Shown here: positions 18,052 to 27,348 of the stretch, piece by piece
Position numbering within the stretch: the stretch's first letter is position 1
Layout of the letters: every line of letters begins with the position of its first letter
Virus record (IMG/VR): IMGVR_UViG_3300020003_000002
Location: 1-51,133 of that record
DNA from: a virus
Lineage: Duplodnaviria > Caudoviricetes
Length of the DNA: 51,133 bases
Strand: one strand, 5' to 3'
Notes under the pieces: model-generated
Database searches by the model: none
The model's input: only the letters and a program-made list of their open reading frames with translations
What the model was told of the DNA's origin: nothing
Made by a program: the position numbers and the translations under genes

Positions 18052-18258
18052 TTACTCCTTCGTCTTCTTGGCCGGCTTGGCTGCCGGTTCGGCGTCGAGA
18101 TCCTCGTAGACCTCGGCGTAGTCGGGCAGGTGCAGTGCGGCGGGTTCAGGCACCCACGCAGAGACGCGGTACCAGCCGTGCGTGCGTTGAAGTTCGAGAG
18201 CGCCCTCGGGAAGGATGCCCACGGCGGCGACGTCCGGATGCCGGACCACGGCGAACAC
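18052..18258 (-). CDS. Small hypothetical protein in tail module (start uncertain)
   Basis: Fills gap; KPAKKTKE tail. Confidence 0.55.
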   Translation of the reverse strand: MFAVVRHPDVAAVGILPEGALELQRTHGWYRVSAWVPEPAALHLPDYAEVYEDLDAEPAAKPAKKTKE

Positions 18259-18260
18259 GG

Positions 18261-18593
18261 CTACACCCGCCACACTTCGCACGTCACGGATGTGATGAAC
18301 GAGTGCGCCACGGTCGCCACGTCGCTGGCGTTGATCATCGATGTTGGAATGAAGATGACCTTCGTGGTGGCGTTGGTCACCGAAACCGTAGGGTTCGTCG
18401 CGACGCTGCCGGCGATGGTGAGGTTCGGGTCGGTGATGGTCACCGTGTCGGGTGAGCCGCCACCGTTGATGACCCGCACGTGTACGCCGAGCGCTCCGAA
18501 CTGGCTCCGCGCGATGGTGTCCGAGGCCGCGACCGCGACCGGGGCCGGTGACGTGCCTGCAATGGCTGCAGACGTGGATGTGAGCGCGGCCAT
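18261..18593 (-). CDS. Small beta-rich virion accessory protein
   Basis: AAGGAGG RBS; VINGGGSPDTVTITDP; position before tail tube. Confidence 0.7.
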   Translation of the reverse strand: MAALTSTSAAIAGTSPAPVAVAASDTIARSQFGALGVHVRVINGGGSPDTVTITDPNLTIAGSVATNPTVSVTNATTKVIFIPTSMINASDVATVAHSFITSVTCEVWRV

Positions 18594-18633
18594 GCCGCAG
18601 CCTCCTTAGTGGATGGACGGAACAGCCGGAAAC

Positions 18634-19053
18634 TCAGCCGGTGCTGGTGAACGAGTACAAAGAGATCGCATCCATGACGAGCCGGCCGGTGGTTTCGTCG
18701 CGTTGCGGCGGGAGCGTCTCGTCCTGTTTGATCGGCCCGCAGTCCCGGCCGGCGATCACCGGCCGGACGTTGAGCAGCGTCGAACGAACCAGCATCCCGA
18801 CCGCCCGAGCCGCGGCCGCGGTGAGCCCGACGCAGTGACAGTTGTAGGTGGTAGTGACCGTGACCTGGCTGGCGTTGAGTGCGGTGCCGATTCCGTCACG
18901 CGTCCAGTCGACCGAGACGTACAGGACGACGTATGGCGGATCCGGTGTTGGGTCGGGAACCTTGCCGTCGAAGACCCGACCGGCGAGCGCGCCGTTGGCG
19001 TTGAGCAGCGTCAACCCGACCTGGGCGTGGAGCTCATCGAGGAGGTCGCTCAC
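18634..19053 (-). CDS. Tail terminator protein
   Basis: VFDGKVP...PYVVLY...CVG pattern; GTGA overlap. Confidence 0.8.
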   Translation of the reverse strand: MSDLLDELHAQVGLTLLNANGALAGRVFDGKVPDPTPDPPYVVLYVSVDWTRDGIGTALNASQVTVTTTYNCHCVGLTAAAARAVGMLVRSTLLNVRPVIAGRDCGPIKQDETLPPQRDETTGRLVMDAISLYSFTSTG

Positions 19054-19451
19054 ATGCCCTCCAGCAGCTCCACGGCCGCGTCGCCCACAGCGTTGGCGAA
19101 CCTGGGATCTTCCGCGATCAGCGCCGGCAGACCGCCCGGGTGCGGCGCGTTGTTTACGCTCCCCATCTCGGCGAAGAAGGCCAGCGACGCCTGCGGATTG
19201 CGCCGGCTCACGCCGATCTCGGCCTCGAAGTGGGTGCCCCTGTCGGGTACCCGGTCGTAGCCGATGCCGCGCACCACGTGCGGCAAGTTCTCCGGGCCGC
19301 CGCCGATGCGGGGCGACCAGCGCCGCTTCCAATCCAGCTTCACATTCGTTGCCCCGCGGCCGACCACGGCGGCGAACTTCTTCGGCCCCTTTTCCGGTAT
19401 TGCCTCGAGGTCTCGAATCAACTCATCGAGGCCAGTGATCTTTACGCCCAT
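19050..19451 (-). CDS. Neck/tail completion protein (HK97 gp10-like)
   Basis: KITGLDEL start; EMGSVNNAPHP. Confidence 0.8.
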   Translation of the reverse strand: MGVKITGLDELIRDLEAIPEKGPKKFAAVVGRGATNVKLDWKRRWSPRIGGGPENLPHVVRGIGYDRVPDRGTHFEAEIGVSRRNPQASLAFFAEMGSVNNAPHPGGLPALIAEDPRFANAVGDAAVELLEGM

Positions 19452-19453
19452 GG

Positions 19454-19855
19454 CTACGAGAGGATCTCTTGTAGCGGCAGGCGGCGGGCGGTCTTCTCGC
19501 TTGCGTGGTTCTCGCCGGAGACCGGGAACGACTTACCCACCAGTTCGACGTCGTTGCGACACGTCACGCACGTGACGATGTCGTCGACCTTGATGCCCTC
19601 GCTGCCCACGACCGGGAGTTGCAGTTCCAGGGCTGAGATACGCAGTTGGGCCTGGCCCACAGTTGTGGGGCCTGCCCATGGCGCCTTCGCCTGCTGGAAT
19701 CTGCAAGGACCGGCGTAGATCGTGGTCAGCGGGAAGACGTCCTCTCCGGTGAGCGGGTTGGTGGTCGGCGTACCACGGCGCTGGATGGTGCACGCGTCGA
19801 AGAACCCGACACTGGCGGCGGCGCGACCGGCGGCCAAGACTGTCTCGCGGGTCAT
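19454..19855 (-). CDS. Head-to-tail stopper (DUF6093-like)
   Basis: GRAAA...DACTIQR...IYAGPCR...TARRLP. Confidence 0.82.
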   Translation of the reverse strand: MTRETVLAAGRAAASVGFFDACTIQRRGTPTTNPLTGEDVFPLTTIYAGPCRFQQAKAPWAGPTTVGQAQLRISALELQLPVVGSEGIKVDDIVTCVTCRNDVELVGKSFPVSGENHASEKTARRLPLQEILS

Positions 19856-20140
19856 CTACTCCTCCGCCCGCATCAGTTGGTGCTCGATCCGAAGTTGGGC
19901 GGCGCGGACGATGCCGACGATGCGGTACCAAGGCATGTCGCCGCCGGCCAGGATCCACCCGACCGCCGAGAATCCGTCCCCGTCTGCGTCGAAGCCTTGG
20001 GCTGCCGTCAGGACCACATAATCGGTGATGACCATGGGCTCGCCGTCGGGTCCTCGGCCCCAGCCCTCGAAGTCATTGACCTCGCGAATTGCCGCCTCAA
20101 GGTTCTCGTAAGCGACCTTCTTGGCGGTGTCGTCGGCCAC
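19856..20140 (-). CDS. Hypothetical protein (94 aa)
   Basis: GGAGG RBS with GTG start; abuts stopper gene. Confidence 0.7.
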   Translation of the reverse strand: MADDTAKKVAYENLEAAIREVNDFEGWGRGPDGEPMVITDYVVLTAAQGFDADGDGFSAVGWILAGGDMPWYRIVGIVRAAQLRIEHQLMRAEE

Positions 20141-20161
20141 TGCGACCTCCCTGGCAGTCCG

Positions 20162-21004
20162 CTACGGTCGGGCGGTTGATGTGGTGACCGGCCGCAGGAT
20201 CACGTCAGCGTTGAGTTGGGGTGTAACCCCGGAATCGGGGCGCAGGGTGACAGGAGTAGCGCCGATCCCGCCAGATGCCGTCGCAGTGAAACTGAACGCG
20301 ACCGATGCGATACCGAAGCGCTCCGGGAAACCAACGGCAGTCGCAGCGAACGTAAAGTCGGTGAGGGCGGCCCCCATGACCGGACCGGCAGCGGCACCGG
20401 ACGCGCTGGCGGTGAAGACCAGCGCGGCGAGCACCTGGCCGCCCGTTCCGCGTACGCCGGCCGCTGTCGCGGCGAACGTTTCCGCCGCAACCGCTTGGCC
20501 CTGCACCCCGGGTACACCGTTAGCGGTGGCGCCCAGCGTGTAGGCGCCGAGGCCTTGGCCGTTGTGGCCCGGTACCCCCAGGGCGGCGCCGGTGTAGGTA
20601 TAGGCACCGAGAGCGGCCCCGTTGTGGCCGACGGTGCCGACCACGGTGGAGCCGAAGGTGTAGGCACCGAGGGCGGTGCCGTTGACTGGGGGTGCTCCGG
20701 CTACCCCGGATGCGGTGCCGTCGAAGACGATAGTTGCGGCCGCGGCGCCGACGACGCCGGGGACACCAAGGGCGGGGGATCCGAAGGTGTAGGAGCCGGC
20801 CGCTTGCCCGACCACACCGGGGACGCCGGCTGCGGTGGAGCCAAACCCGATGGCGGCTGCGGCCTGACCGACGACGCCGGGTGTGCCTAGTGCGGTGCCG
20901 GTGAAGGTGAAGGCGGCGAGGGCGGTGCCGGTGACCGCACCACCGCCCGCGACGGCTGCTAGCGGTAGCGGCGCATATCTGACGTTGCTGCTGCCGCGCG
21001 CCAC
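20162..21004 (-). CDS. Gly/Ala-rich fibre-like protein with about 11 repeats of about 20 aa
   Basis: Repeat G.A....TF..TA.G.PG.. (e.g. GTALAAFTFTGTALGTPGVV, GQAAGSYTFGSPALGVPGVV). Confidence 0.75.
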   Translation of the reverse strand: MARGSSNVRYAPLPLAAVAGGGAVTGTALAAFTFTGTALGTPGVVGQAAAAIGFGSTAAGVPGVVGQAAGSYTFGSPALGVPGVVGAAAATIVFDGTASGVAGAPPVNGTALGAYTFGSTVVGTVGHNGAALGAYTYTGAALGVPGHNGQGLGAYTLGATANGVPGVQGQAVAAETFAATAAGVRGTGGQVLAALVFTASASGAAAGPVMGAALTDFTFAATAVGFPERFGIASVAFSFTATASGGIGATPVTLRPDSGVTPQLNADVILRPVTTSTARP

Positions 21005-21005
21005 G

Positions 21006-21497
21006 TCACGCCGGTTCTTCCCAGATGATCCACGGCAGGGAGTTGACTGTCACAGCGAACGTTGTTCGGATTCGCAGGAACCGGGAGGCTTTGACCCGGA
21101 CGTGCCGGCCTGGTGTGAACCAGATGCTGTAGCCGGTCTGCGGGTGCACCAGTTGTGAGTCGAGGTCCCGAGTGGTGGCGCCGATGGTGCCCTCACCGGA
21201 TGCGTTGTAGCCGGTCGCCGACGCGCCGCCGACGCACAACGAGGCAACCTGGTCGTCGGATTCCCACTCGATTGGGGTGACTGTGGTTACCGACGCTGCG
21301 ACGTCGGTGTCCATCAGGGTGCAGATTCCGGCCGCCTCAGTGGCCACGATGCCGGCAAAGGAAACACCCCAGGCGAACACTCGGATGTCGGTGGTTGATG
21401 GTGTGGCCACCTGGAGCACCGTCTTGACGGCTGTACCGGTAGCGACCACGACGGGAATGTTCGACGCCCGCGGTATCGCCAAATAGAGAGATCCCAT
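21006..21497 (-). CDS. Virion structural protein, apparent paralogue of 14176-14646
   Basis: KTVLQV...WGVSFAG...FLRIRTT. Confidence 0.7.
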   Translation of the reverse strand: MGSLYLAIPRASNIPVVVATGTAVKTVLQVATPSTTDIRVFAWGVSFAGIVATEAAGICTLMDTDVAASVTTVTPIEWESDDQVASLCVGGASATGYNASGEGTIGATTRDLDSQLVHPQTGYSIWFTPGRHVRVKASRFLRIRTTFAVTVNSLPWIIWEEPA

Positions 21498-21500
21498 GTG

Positions 21501-22229
21501 TCATCTTCCGTAGGACGTTCCGCCGGGTGATATCGAGCTGACTCTGTATTTGCGGCTCTGGTTAGGTCGCCCGGCCGCCGCCGGGGGGGCCGGCTCGAGC
21601 GCTAGGGTCATCATCGCTTTGAACGCCACCCCGGTCAGTGTGGCGGTTGACTGTCCGGTGGCCCCTGCGGACGCTTTGATCGCGCTGATGAGGGCGATCG
21701 CACCGTCGGCGCCGAGGGCGGTTACCGCGTCGATCCGTTCTGTGATCGACGTGTAGGCGCCGTTGGTGAGCGCGCCGGTGGCGAAGTCGTCAGACCAGCC
21801 CCCGATTTCCAGGATGAGGCAGTCGGCGATGGTGGTGGTTGCCCCGGGCCACAGGGCGCTGTTGTCGGCGGTGGCGTCTACGGCCACCCCGACAACGTTC
21901 CACGGGTTGCCGGTGGTTTTGCAGCCGCGGATGGCGATGTAGGCACCCAGGTTGTGGTCGCCGGAGTCGCCCCAGGCGTGGGCGGTCAACCCAGCCGTCC
22001 AGCGCCGCCAGATGACGGTTAGCCGGGTGTTGGTGTCCTGCACGACTGGGCTTACCGAGTCGATGTGGGCGAACCCGTTTGACGCGGCGGTGGGGAAGTC
22101 GGCCACGGACTCGCCGATGCCGATGATGACGTCGCCGTCGGCGAAGCTGACCACCGGCAGGGCGGGGGTTATCGACGAGGCCGACGCGGAGGCGACACCA
22201 ACCGGCGTCAGGACGGTTGGCGCCGCCAT
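21501..22229 (-). CDS. Beta-rich appendage/adhesin-like protein
   Basis: Ala/Thr/Gly-rich beta-sandwich-like sequence within fibre cluster. Confidence 0.65.
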   Translation of the reverse strand: MAAPTVLTPVGVASASASSITPALPVVSFADGDVIIGIGESVADFPTAASNGFAHIDSVSPVVQDTNTRLTVIWRRWTAGLTAHAWGDSGDHNLGAYIAIRGCKTTGNPWNVVGVAVDATADNSALWPGATTTIADCLILEIGGWSDDFATGALTNGAYTSITERIDAVTALGADGAIALISAIKASAGATGQSTATLTGVAFKAMMTLALEPAPPAAAGRPNQSRKYRVSSISPGGTSYGR

Positions 22230-22232
22230 GGG

Positions 22233-24425
22233 CTACACCTCTGCCGGCGGGTACAGCGCGATGTAGTTGGCAGTCGGGGCGTCTGGGGCGTCGATTGTTT
22301 CGGTGTGTGAGGTGCCGCCGGTGACCGGGACGGTGGTTGGGGCACCCGACTCCTCGTAGTACAGGGTGGTGTCGGCGCCGGCTGGGGCGTCGACTGACAC
22401 CGCGACGATGCCGCCGCTGACCGCGTCGGTGGCTTGGGATGCCAGGGACCCGAACAGCGGCTGGGTGACGGCGGGTTGGATCGCCAACTCCATGAACGCG
22501 CTGAGCACGCCTACGTCTGGGGTGGCGTCGCCCGAGAACCCGATTCGGACTTCCATTGCGTCTAGCCGGGCCTGGGTGAGTAGGTAGTGCGCCGCGGATG
22601 ATCCGAGGGTGGGGCGCATCATGCGGACGAGCCAGTACGCCACGGTGGTGGACGCGTCAACCCCGTGGTCAACTCCGCCGGATGCCCAGTTGTATTCGGT
22701 GGTGCCGTCGAACACCCGGATGCCCGGGCCGAATGCGGTTGTGCCCGACGCCGCCCACATCAGGAAGTACCAGCGGACCGCCCGCAGCCCATCGTCTGGG
22801 GCGCCCGCGCGGGTGTCCATCGGGAACTTCATGTATTCGGTGGTGGCGACGGCGGTCTGGACAACTCCGTCAGACGACGCCCCGATGGTGGGGGGAACGT
22901 CGTCGATGGCGTTGCGGGCGTTGGTGGCGTTCCACGCGCCGATGGTGCCGTTGGCGGTCATGACGCCGAAGTTGCCGGTGGTGCCCACCACGGTCGCGGT
23001 GCCGGCCGGGTCGACCTTGAGCAGGTGGATCTGGATGTCGCCGATGGGGTAGTTGTTGGCGACCTTGGACAGCATCACGTCGTCGTAGCGGACGGTGGCC
23101 GTCTTTGACGTGGTCCAGCCGAGCCGGAACGTGGAAATGGTCGCAACCGACGTGCCGGCGCCCACGGCCTGGGTTTGGACGACTGGGGCGGTTGGGGCGC
23201 CCACGGTGGCGTCGTAGGTGACCTGCCAGTCGCAGGTGTGGTTGGCGACGGTGGCGAGATACCGGAAGTCGATGCCGATCCATTTGTTCGCGACCACAAC
23301 CGCGTCGGACGCGATTTCGCTGCCGGTACCGATTTTGACGCCGATTTTTTGGGTGGCCGACCGGTACCAGATGGTCATGCCGTTGGCCAACGACCCGGCT
23401 TCAACCGAGGCGAGCTCAACGTCTGCGCCGGGTAGTGAGGTTGGGAAGTAGACGTGGATCCGGCCGACCAACGGCCCCTGCCACGACGACGGGCCGCCAC
23501 TTGCTGGTGTGAATGGGCCGTACAGCGACAGGACACCAGGGTTGGTCCAGGTCAGGCATTCGGCTGCTGCGGCCGCTGCCAGCTCAAGGGCGTAGGTGCC
23601 GGTTCGGGGTGTGGAGGTGGTGACCGCCGGTGTGCCTACGGTGCCGTCGAACACCGGCCCGGTGTTGCCGACAGCGATAGAGGTGGTGGTGAGGGTGGTG
23701 GTGGTGCCGAACTCGAACCCGGTCAGCACGTCGGCGGTGACCGCGAATTGGGCGTCCTGAGCGGTGAACATGACCACGGTGGCACGGGTGTGACACGACG
23801 CGTCCAGCGTCGCGGTGCATTCATGGGTACCGGGCGCCTGCGACGTTTTCGCCGACACCGACATGCCTACGCCGTTGGCCCCGTCGGTGCGGCCCTCCTG
23901 CAACAGTTCCGTCCAGCCGTTTGTGTGCGCCGACCAGGTCGGGACGGTGGACGTTTGGGCCCGGGCGGGGTGCACCGCGAACCCGAGCAGGTCATACGAC
24001 GACGCGGCCGTGGTTGTGCCGGTCGACCGGCTGGTGGTCGGCACAGCGTCGTCGAACGGGTTGGTGCTGGACGCTAAATGCACCGGCGCGGCCTGGTCCA
24101 GGCCGACGAGCTCGAACACGGACCAGCAGCATTGGTCGCCGGCACCGGTGACGAAGTCCAACGTCCACGACGTTTCCCCGCCGGTCGTGTTCTTCCAGAA
24201 CACGTACGGGGTGGTGCGTTGGAACGGTGACGCGATCTCATCCGACGCCCACGCAAAACCGGTGGGCGGGCCTAGGCCGGTGGCCGCCGAACCGTCGGAT
24301 GCGCTCATGGCGCAGATCACCACGGTCGACCCGGCTGTGGTCGCCGCGAGCAGCGTGACCGTGCCGCTGGTGCCGTCGAAGTCGCCTGAGTTTTGCTGCA
24401 GGATGCTGTCCAACGTGAGCGGCAT
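22233..24425 (-). CDS. Large multidomain appendage/receptor-binding-like protein (730 aa)
   Basis: Thr-rich beta domains; PRTGTYALEL and lectin-like KWIGIDFRY segment. Confidence 0.65.
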   Translation of the reverse strand: MPLTLDSILQQNSGDFDGTSGTVTLLAATTAGSTVVICAMSASDGSAATGLGPPTGFAWASDEIASPFQRTTPYVFWKNTTGGETSWTLDFVTGAGDQCCWSVFELVGLDQAAPVHLASSTNPFDDAVPTTSRSTGTTTAASSYDLLGFAVHPARAQTSTVPTWSAHTNGWTELLQEGRTDGANGVGMSVSAKTSQAPGTHECTATLDASCHTRATVVMFTAQDAQFAVTADVLTGFEFGTTTTLTTTSIAVGNTGPVFDGTVGTPAVTTSTPRTGTYALELAAAAAAECLTWTNPGVLSLYGPFTPASGGPSSWQGPLVGRIHVYFPTSLPGADVELASVEAGSLANGMTIWYRSATQKIGVKIGTGSEIASDAVVVANKWIGIDFRYLATVANHTCDWQVTYDATVGAPTAPVVQTQAVGAGTSVATISTFRLGWTTSKTATVRYDDVMLSKVANNYPIGDIQIHLLKVDPAGTATVVGTTGNFGVMTANGTIGAWNATNARNAIDDVPPTIGASSDGVVQTAVATTEYMKFPMDTRAGAPDDGLRAVRWYFLMWAASGTTAFGPGIRVFDGTTEYNWASGGVDHGVDASTTVAYWLVRMMRPTLGSSAAHYLLTQARLDAMEVRIGFSGDATPDVGVLSAFMELAIQPAVTQPLFGSLASQATDAVSGGIVAVSVDAPAGADTTLYYEESGAPTTVPVTGGTSHTETIDAPDAPTANYIALYPPAEV

Positions 24426-24467
24426 TTTTAGATAACTCCAACCAGGTCCGGGGGCGTTGCGGGGGTT

Positions 24468-24860
24468 TTACGCGGCGACGCTCAATGTCAGGTCCAGGTC
24501 GCCGATGGGGATGGTGAAGGTGTCCCCGACGATAACCGCGTTAGCGGTCATCGTCCCCGAGCAGAGGAACGTGCCGGCGGAGCTTGCCGTGAAGGCCGCC
24601 CAGTGGGTGTAGTCCTCGGACGTGTCCACTTCACCGGTGGTCCAGGTCACTGCGGTGTCGTTGGCGATCGTCCCACCGGATGCGGCTCCGAAGGACACCT
24701 GTTTGCGGGTGGCGTTACCGGCTATGGCGGTCGTACCGGCCGCGCCGGGATCGGCGGTGTGCAACTCGATCCAGAACGCCGTGGGCGCGGTGTAGTTGGT
24801 CGCGTTGCCGATCGCGTCGAGGATCTTCGCAGCCTCGCCGGAGGCCAAGCCGAGAGCCAT
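24468..24860 (-). CDS. Small fibre/appendage base structural protein
   Basis: IELHTADPG...RKQVSF...GDTFTIPIGDL pattern seen in siphovirus structural modules; AAGGAG RBS. Confidence 0.75.
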   Translation of the reverse strand: MALGLASGEAAKILDAIGNATNYTAPTAFWIELHTADPGAAGTTAIAGNATRKQVSFGAASGGTIANDTAVTWTTGEVDTSEDYTHWAAFTASSAGTFLCSGTMTANAVIVGDTFTIPIGDLDLTLSVAA

Positions 24861-24870
24861 CGGTTCTCCT

Positions 24871-25254
24871 TCAGTCGGTCAGCGGGTCGAGGGCGGGAGA
24901 CACAACCCAGTGCCAGTCGGGCGCCGGGAAGCTAAACCTCGGCGAACCGGCCCCGCCGTACGCGGACGCGGCGGCCTTGAGAATGTCCGCCCGCCGCGCA
25001 GCGTCATCGCCCCTCGCATAATCGTCGATGGATTCCGATGCGACGCCGGTCGGGTTGCGGAACGCGATCCCGGCCAGCTCGATCGCCCACGCCCAGATGT
25101 CGTCCGGGACCGGGTCCGGCGGCCACGGCGTCAGTTGGGTGGCGTTCTTGAGCCACCCTGACGCGTAGCGCCGGACCCGGGTCGCGGTTTCTGTATCGAC
25201 GCTCGGGACCTGCAGCCACGACGGCAGATCGACTAAATCAAAAAGATCCGCCAT
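24871..25254 (-). CDS. Head-to-tail adaptor
   Basis: NPTGVASESIDDY motif; after capsid genes. Confidence 0.82.
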   Translation of the reverse strand: MADLFDLVDLPSWLQVPSVDTETATRVRRYASGWLKNATQLTPWPPDPVPDDIWAWAIELAGIAFRNPTGVASESIDDYARGDDAARRADILKAAASAYGGAGSPRFSFPAPDWHWVVSPALDPLTD

Positions 25255-25269
25255 GTCAGGCCACTTGTC

Positions 25270-25605
25270 CTAGGCCTTGGCTGCCTTGGCCGCGGCCTTG
25301 TCGGCTGCCGCCTGCTCCGCTTCGGCCTTCTTCGCCGCAGCCTCGGCCGCTTCCATCTGCTGCTTGGCAGCTTCGGCCGCGGCCTTCTCCTCTTCGGTCT
25401 CGGCCTTGTCGACCGCCTTGGCTTCGCCGGAGTCAAGCCATTCGGCGTACTCCCGCCGGACGAGGCTGGCCACGTTCTCCGGGTCGGCCTCGACCGGCAG
25501 AACAGCGTCCCGGTAGAAGCCGGCCACAGTCCACTTGCCGGTAGCCGGGTCGAGTAGTTTCACAGTTGCGTATGCCACGGTCACCCGGGCTCGGCGCGTG
25601 CTCAT
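25270..25605 (-). CDS. Hypothetical head-module protein with Ala/Lys/Glu-rich tail
   Basis: ATGA-coupled to upstream cement-like gene. Confidence 0.7.
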   Translation of the reverse strand: MSTRRARVTVAYATVKLLDPATGKWTVAGFYRDAVLPVEADPENVASLVRREYAEWLDSGEAKAVDKAETEEEKAAAEAAKQQMEAAEAAAKKAEAEQAAADKAAAKAAKA

Positions 25606-25997
25606 GTGTGCATAACCACCTTTACGACGTTGCCGGCAGCGGTGGTTAGCGCGGTGCCGACGATCTTCTCGAACGTGTTGGCGCCGATGGTCGTAACCAC
25701 CCCGGCCGCACCGGCGACCACCTTTGCGCCAGCGGTGATGGCACCGCTGGACGTGATGCTCAATACCGGGCCGAACATGAGCGCCCTGACCGGCGCGGCA
25801 CTGGCTGCACCGGCGAGCGCGTAGCCGACCACCGCAACGGATGCGGCGCCGGCTGGACCGAGAGTGCCATCACCACTGACCTCGAGCAGTTGGCCGTCGG
25901 TGATGGTGGCCGAAGCGGTCGAGCCGCCGTAGATGTGCTCGAAGCCTTCGTGCTGATGGTTGGCGTTACGAAGAATCGACGCCGAGATGACGGGCAT
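25602..25997 (-). CDS. Capsid decoration/cement-like protein 2 (DUF2190-like)
   Basis: VVGYA...SGAITAGAKVVAGAAGVV...IVGTALTTAA. Confidence 0.75.
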   Translation of the reverse strand: MPVISASILRNANHQHEGFEHIYGGSTASATITDGQLLEVSGDGTLGPAGAASVAVVGYALAGAASAAPVRALMFGPVLSITSSGAITAGAKVVAGAAGVVTTIGANTFEKIVGTALTTAAGNVVKVVMHT

Positions 25998-25998
25998 G

Positions 25999-26940
25999 TC
26001 AGCTCACCACACCGGTGATCTCGTAGCCCGCGCCGACTTCCTGCACGTACGGGACCGTCAGGCGACGGGCCTGCAGATCCCAGGCGTCCTGGCCCTCCTT
26101 ACGGATCGGCTTGACCTCAACGCCCGCGAAGCCACCCATCTGGGCGTATCCGGGTGCGCTGCCCGTCTCGTCGGCCATGCCGCCGAGTTGGGTGGAGTCC
26201 AGGATCCACGCCCTAGTGGCGACCGGCAGGTTAGGCGTCTTGACGACCGTCAAGTTCGCCACCGTCTCAATCATGCCGGTGTAGATCGGGTTGTCTGACG
26301 TCTCCCGCTTGCGCAACTGGGCGATGGCGTCGTTGAGCATCAGGTACGTGTACCCCTTCGGCGACACGACCAGCGTGTCCGCCTTGAAGCCCTGGTTGAG
26401 ATCCTCCATGAACTGAATCCCGAGAAGGATGTCATCCAACGGTTTGCGGTTGGCGGGGGTCGCGTTATCCCACGACCCGGCCGTGGCCACCTCTGCGGTG
26501 ATCGCCGTGCCGATGGCGGCCATGGCGACCGTGTCCACCTGCTTGATGACCGTGGTGGCAACCTTGGTCAGTGCCCGGTCGACGGCCGACATCGGGTAGG
26601 ACTTGCGGGTGATCTCCTCATCGGTCAAAAGAGCTTTTTGGCCCCATTTCTGAATTGCCGCGATACCGGCGGTGCCGGTACCCAGGTTGGCGTACGGGTA
26701 TTCAGACCCGGCCGACACGGCCTCGACGGTCCGGTCGGAGATGAACGGCTCGGTCATGTCATACAAAACCGCGCCGCCCGAGGCCCGCGAACGGTCCTTG
26801 AGCAGCTGGTCGGCCACGAAGCGCAGATCCGTCCAGTCCCTGAGTCGCCGCTGGATACGGGTCGGGTCCGAGAGGAACCGACTGATGGTGAGCAGGTCGC
26901 CCGAAAGGGTCGGGGCGGCTGCCGGGAATGCGTAAGGCAT
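25999..26940 (-). CDS. Major capsid protein
   Basis: 313 aa after protease/cement; AGSEYP...KWG...TDE, DTLVVSP; AAAGGAG RBS. Confidence 0.9.
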   Translation of the reverse strand: MPYAFPAAAPTLSGDLLTISRFLSDPTRIQRRLRDWTDLRFVADQLLKDRSRASGGAVLYDMTEPFISDRTVEAVSAGSEYPYANLGTGTAGIAAIQKWGQKALLTDEEITRKSYPMSAVDRALTKVATTVIKQVDTVAMAAIGTAITAEVATAGSWDNATPANRKPLDDILLGIQFMEDLNQGFKADTLVVSPKGYTYLMLNDAIAQLRKRETSDNPIYTGMIETVANLTVVKTPNLPVATRAWILDSTQLGGMADETGSAPGYAQMGGFAGVEVKPIRKEGQDAWDLQARRLTVPYVQEVGAGYEITGVVS

Positions 26941-26961
26941 CTACCTATCTCCTTTCGGGGT

Positions 26962-27348
26962 TTACCGGCGGCCCTGGACGCGCAGCTTGAGCGGGGAGCC
27001 CGCAGCTGTCGTCACGGCCGTGCCGATGAGGCTGCCAAGGGCCGCCGCCGTACCGACGGTGGCAGTTTTTACCTGGCCGGATGCGTCAGTGACAACACCG
27101 GCAAGAACGGTGATGGCACCTGACGCGACGAGTTCGTGGATGCAGCCATCCAGCGGCCACACGGTGAGCTTCGCGCCGGACGCGGCGTCGTGGGCGGCCA
27201 CGCCGGCCACGACAAGAGAGTCAGCGCCGGAGACGGTCACCGTGCTCGCAGCGGACCAGACGACGACGTTGCCCCCGGCGACAACGCCGCCAGTGGTGAC
27301 CGTGAACGGCTCAGCGCCGCCGGTGTAGACGGGCGTGTAATCAGCCAC
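26962..27348 (-). CDS. Capsid decoration/cement-like protein 1 (DUF2190-like)
   Basis: MADYTPVY...AGVAAHDAASG...SGAITVLAGV...IGTAVTTAA. Confidence 0.8.
   Translation of the reverse strand: MADYTPVYTGGAEPFTVTTGGVVAGGNVVVWSAASTVTVSGADSLVVAGVAAHDAASGAKLTVWPLDGCIHELVASGAITVLAGVVTDASGQVKTATVGTAAALGSLIGTAVTTAAGSPLKLRVQGRR

Noticed and set aside
20300-20940. About 60-bp periodic repeats as CRISPR or diversity-generating repeats
   Set aside because: Degenerate protein-level repeats; no spacers, cas genes or reverse transcriptase seen
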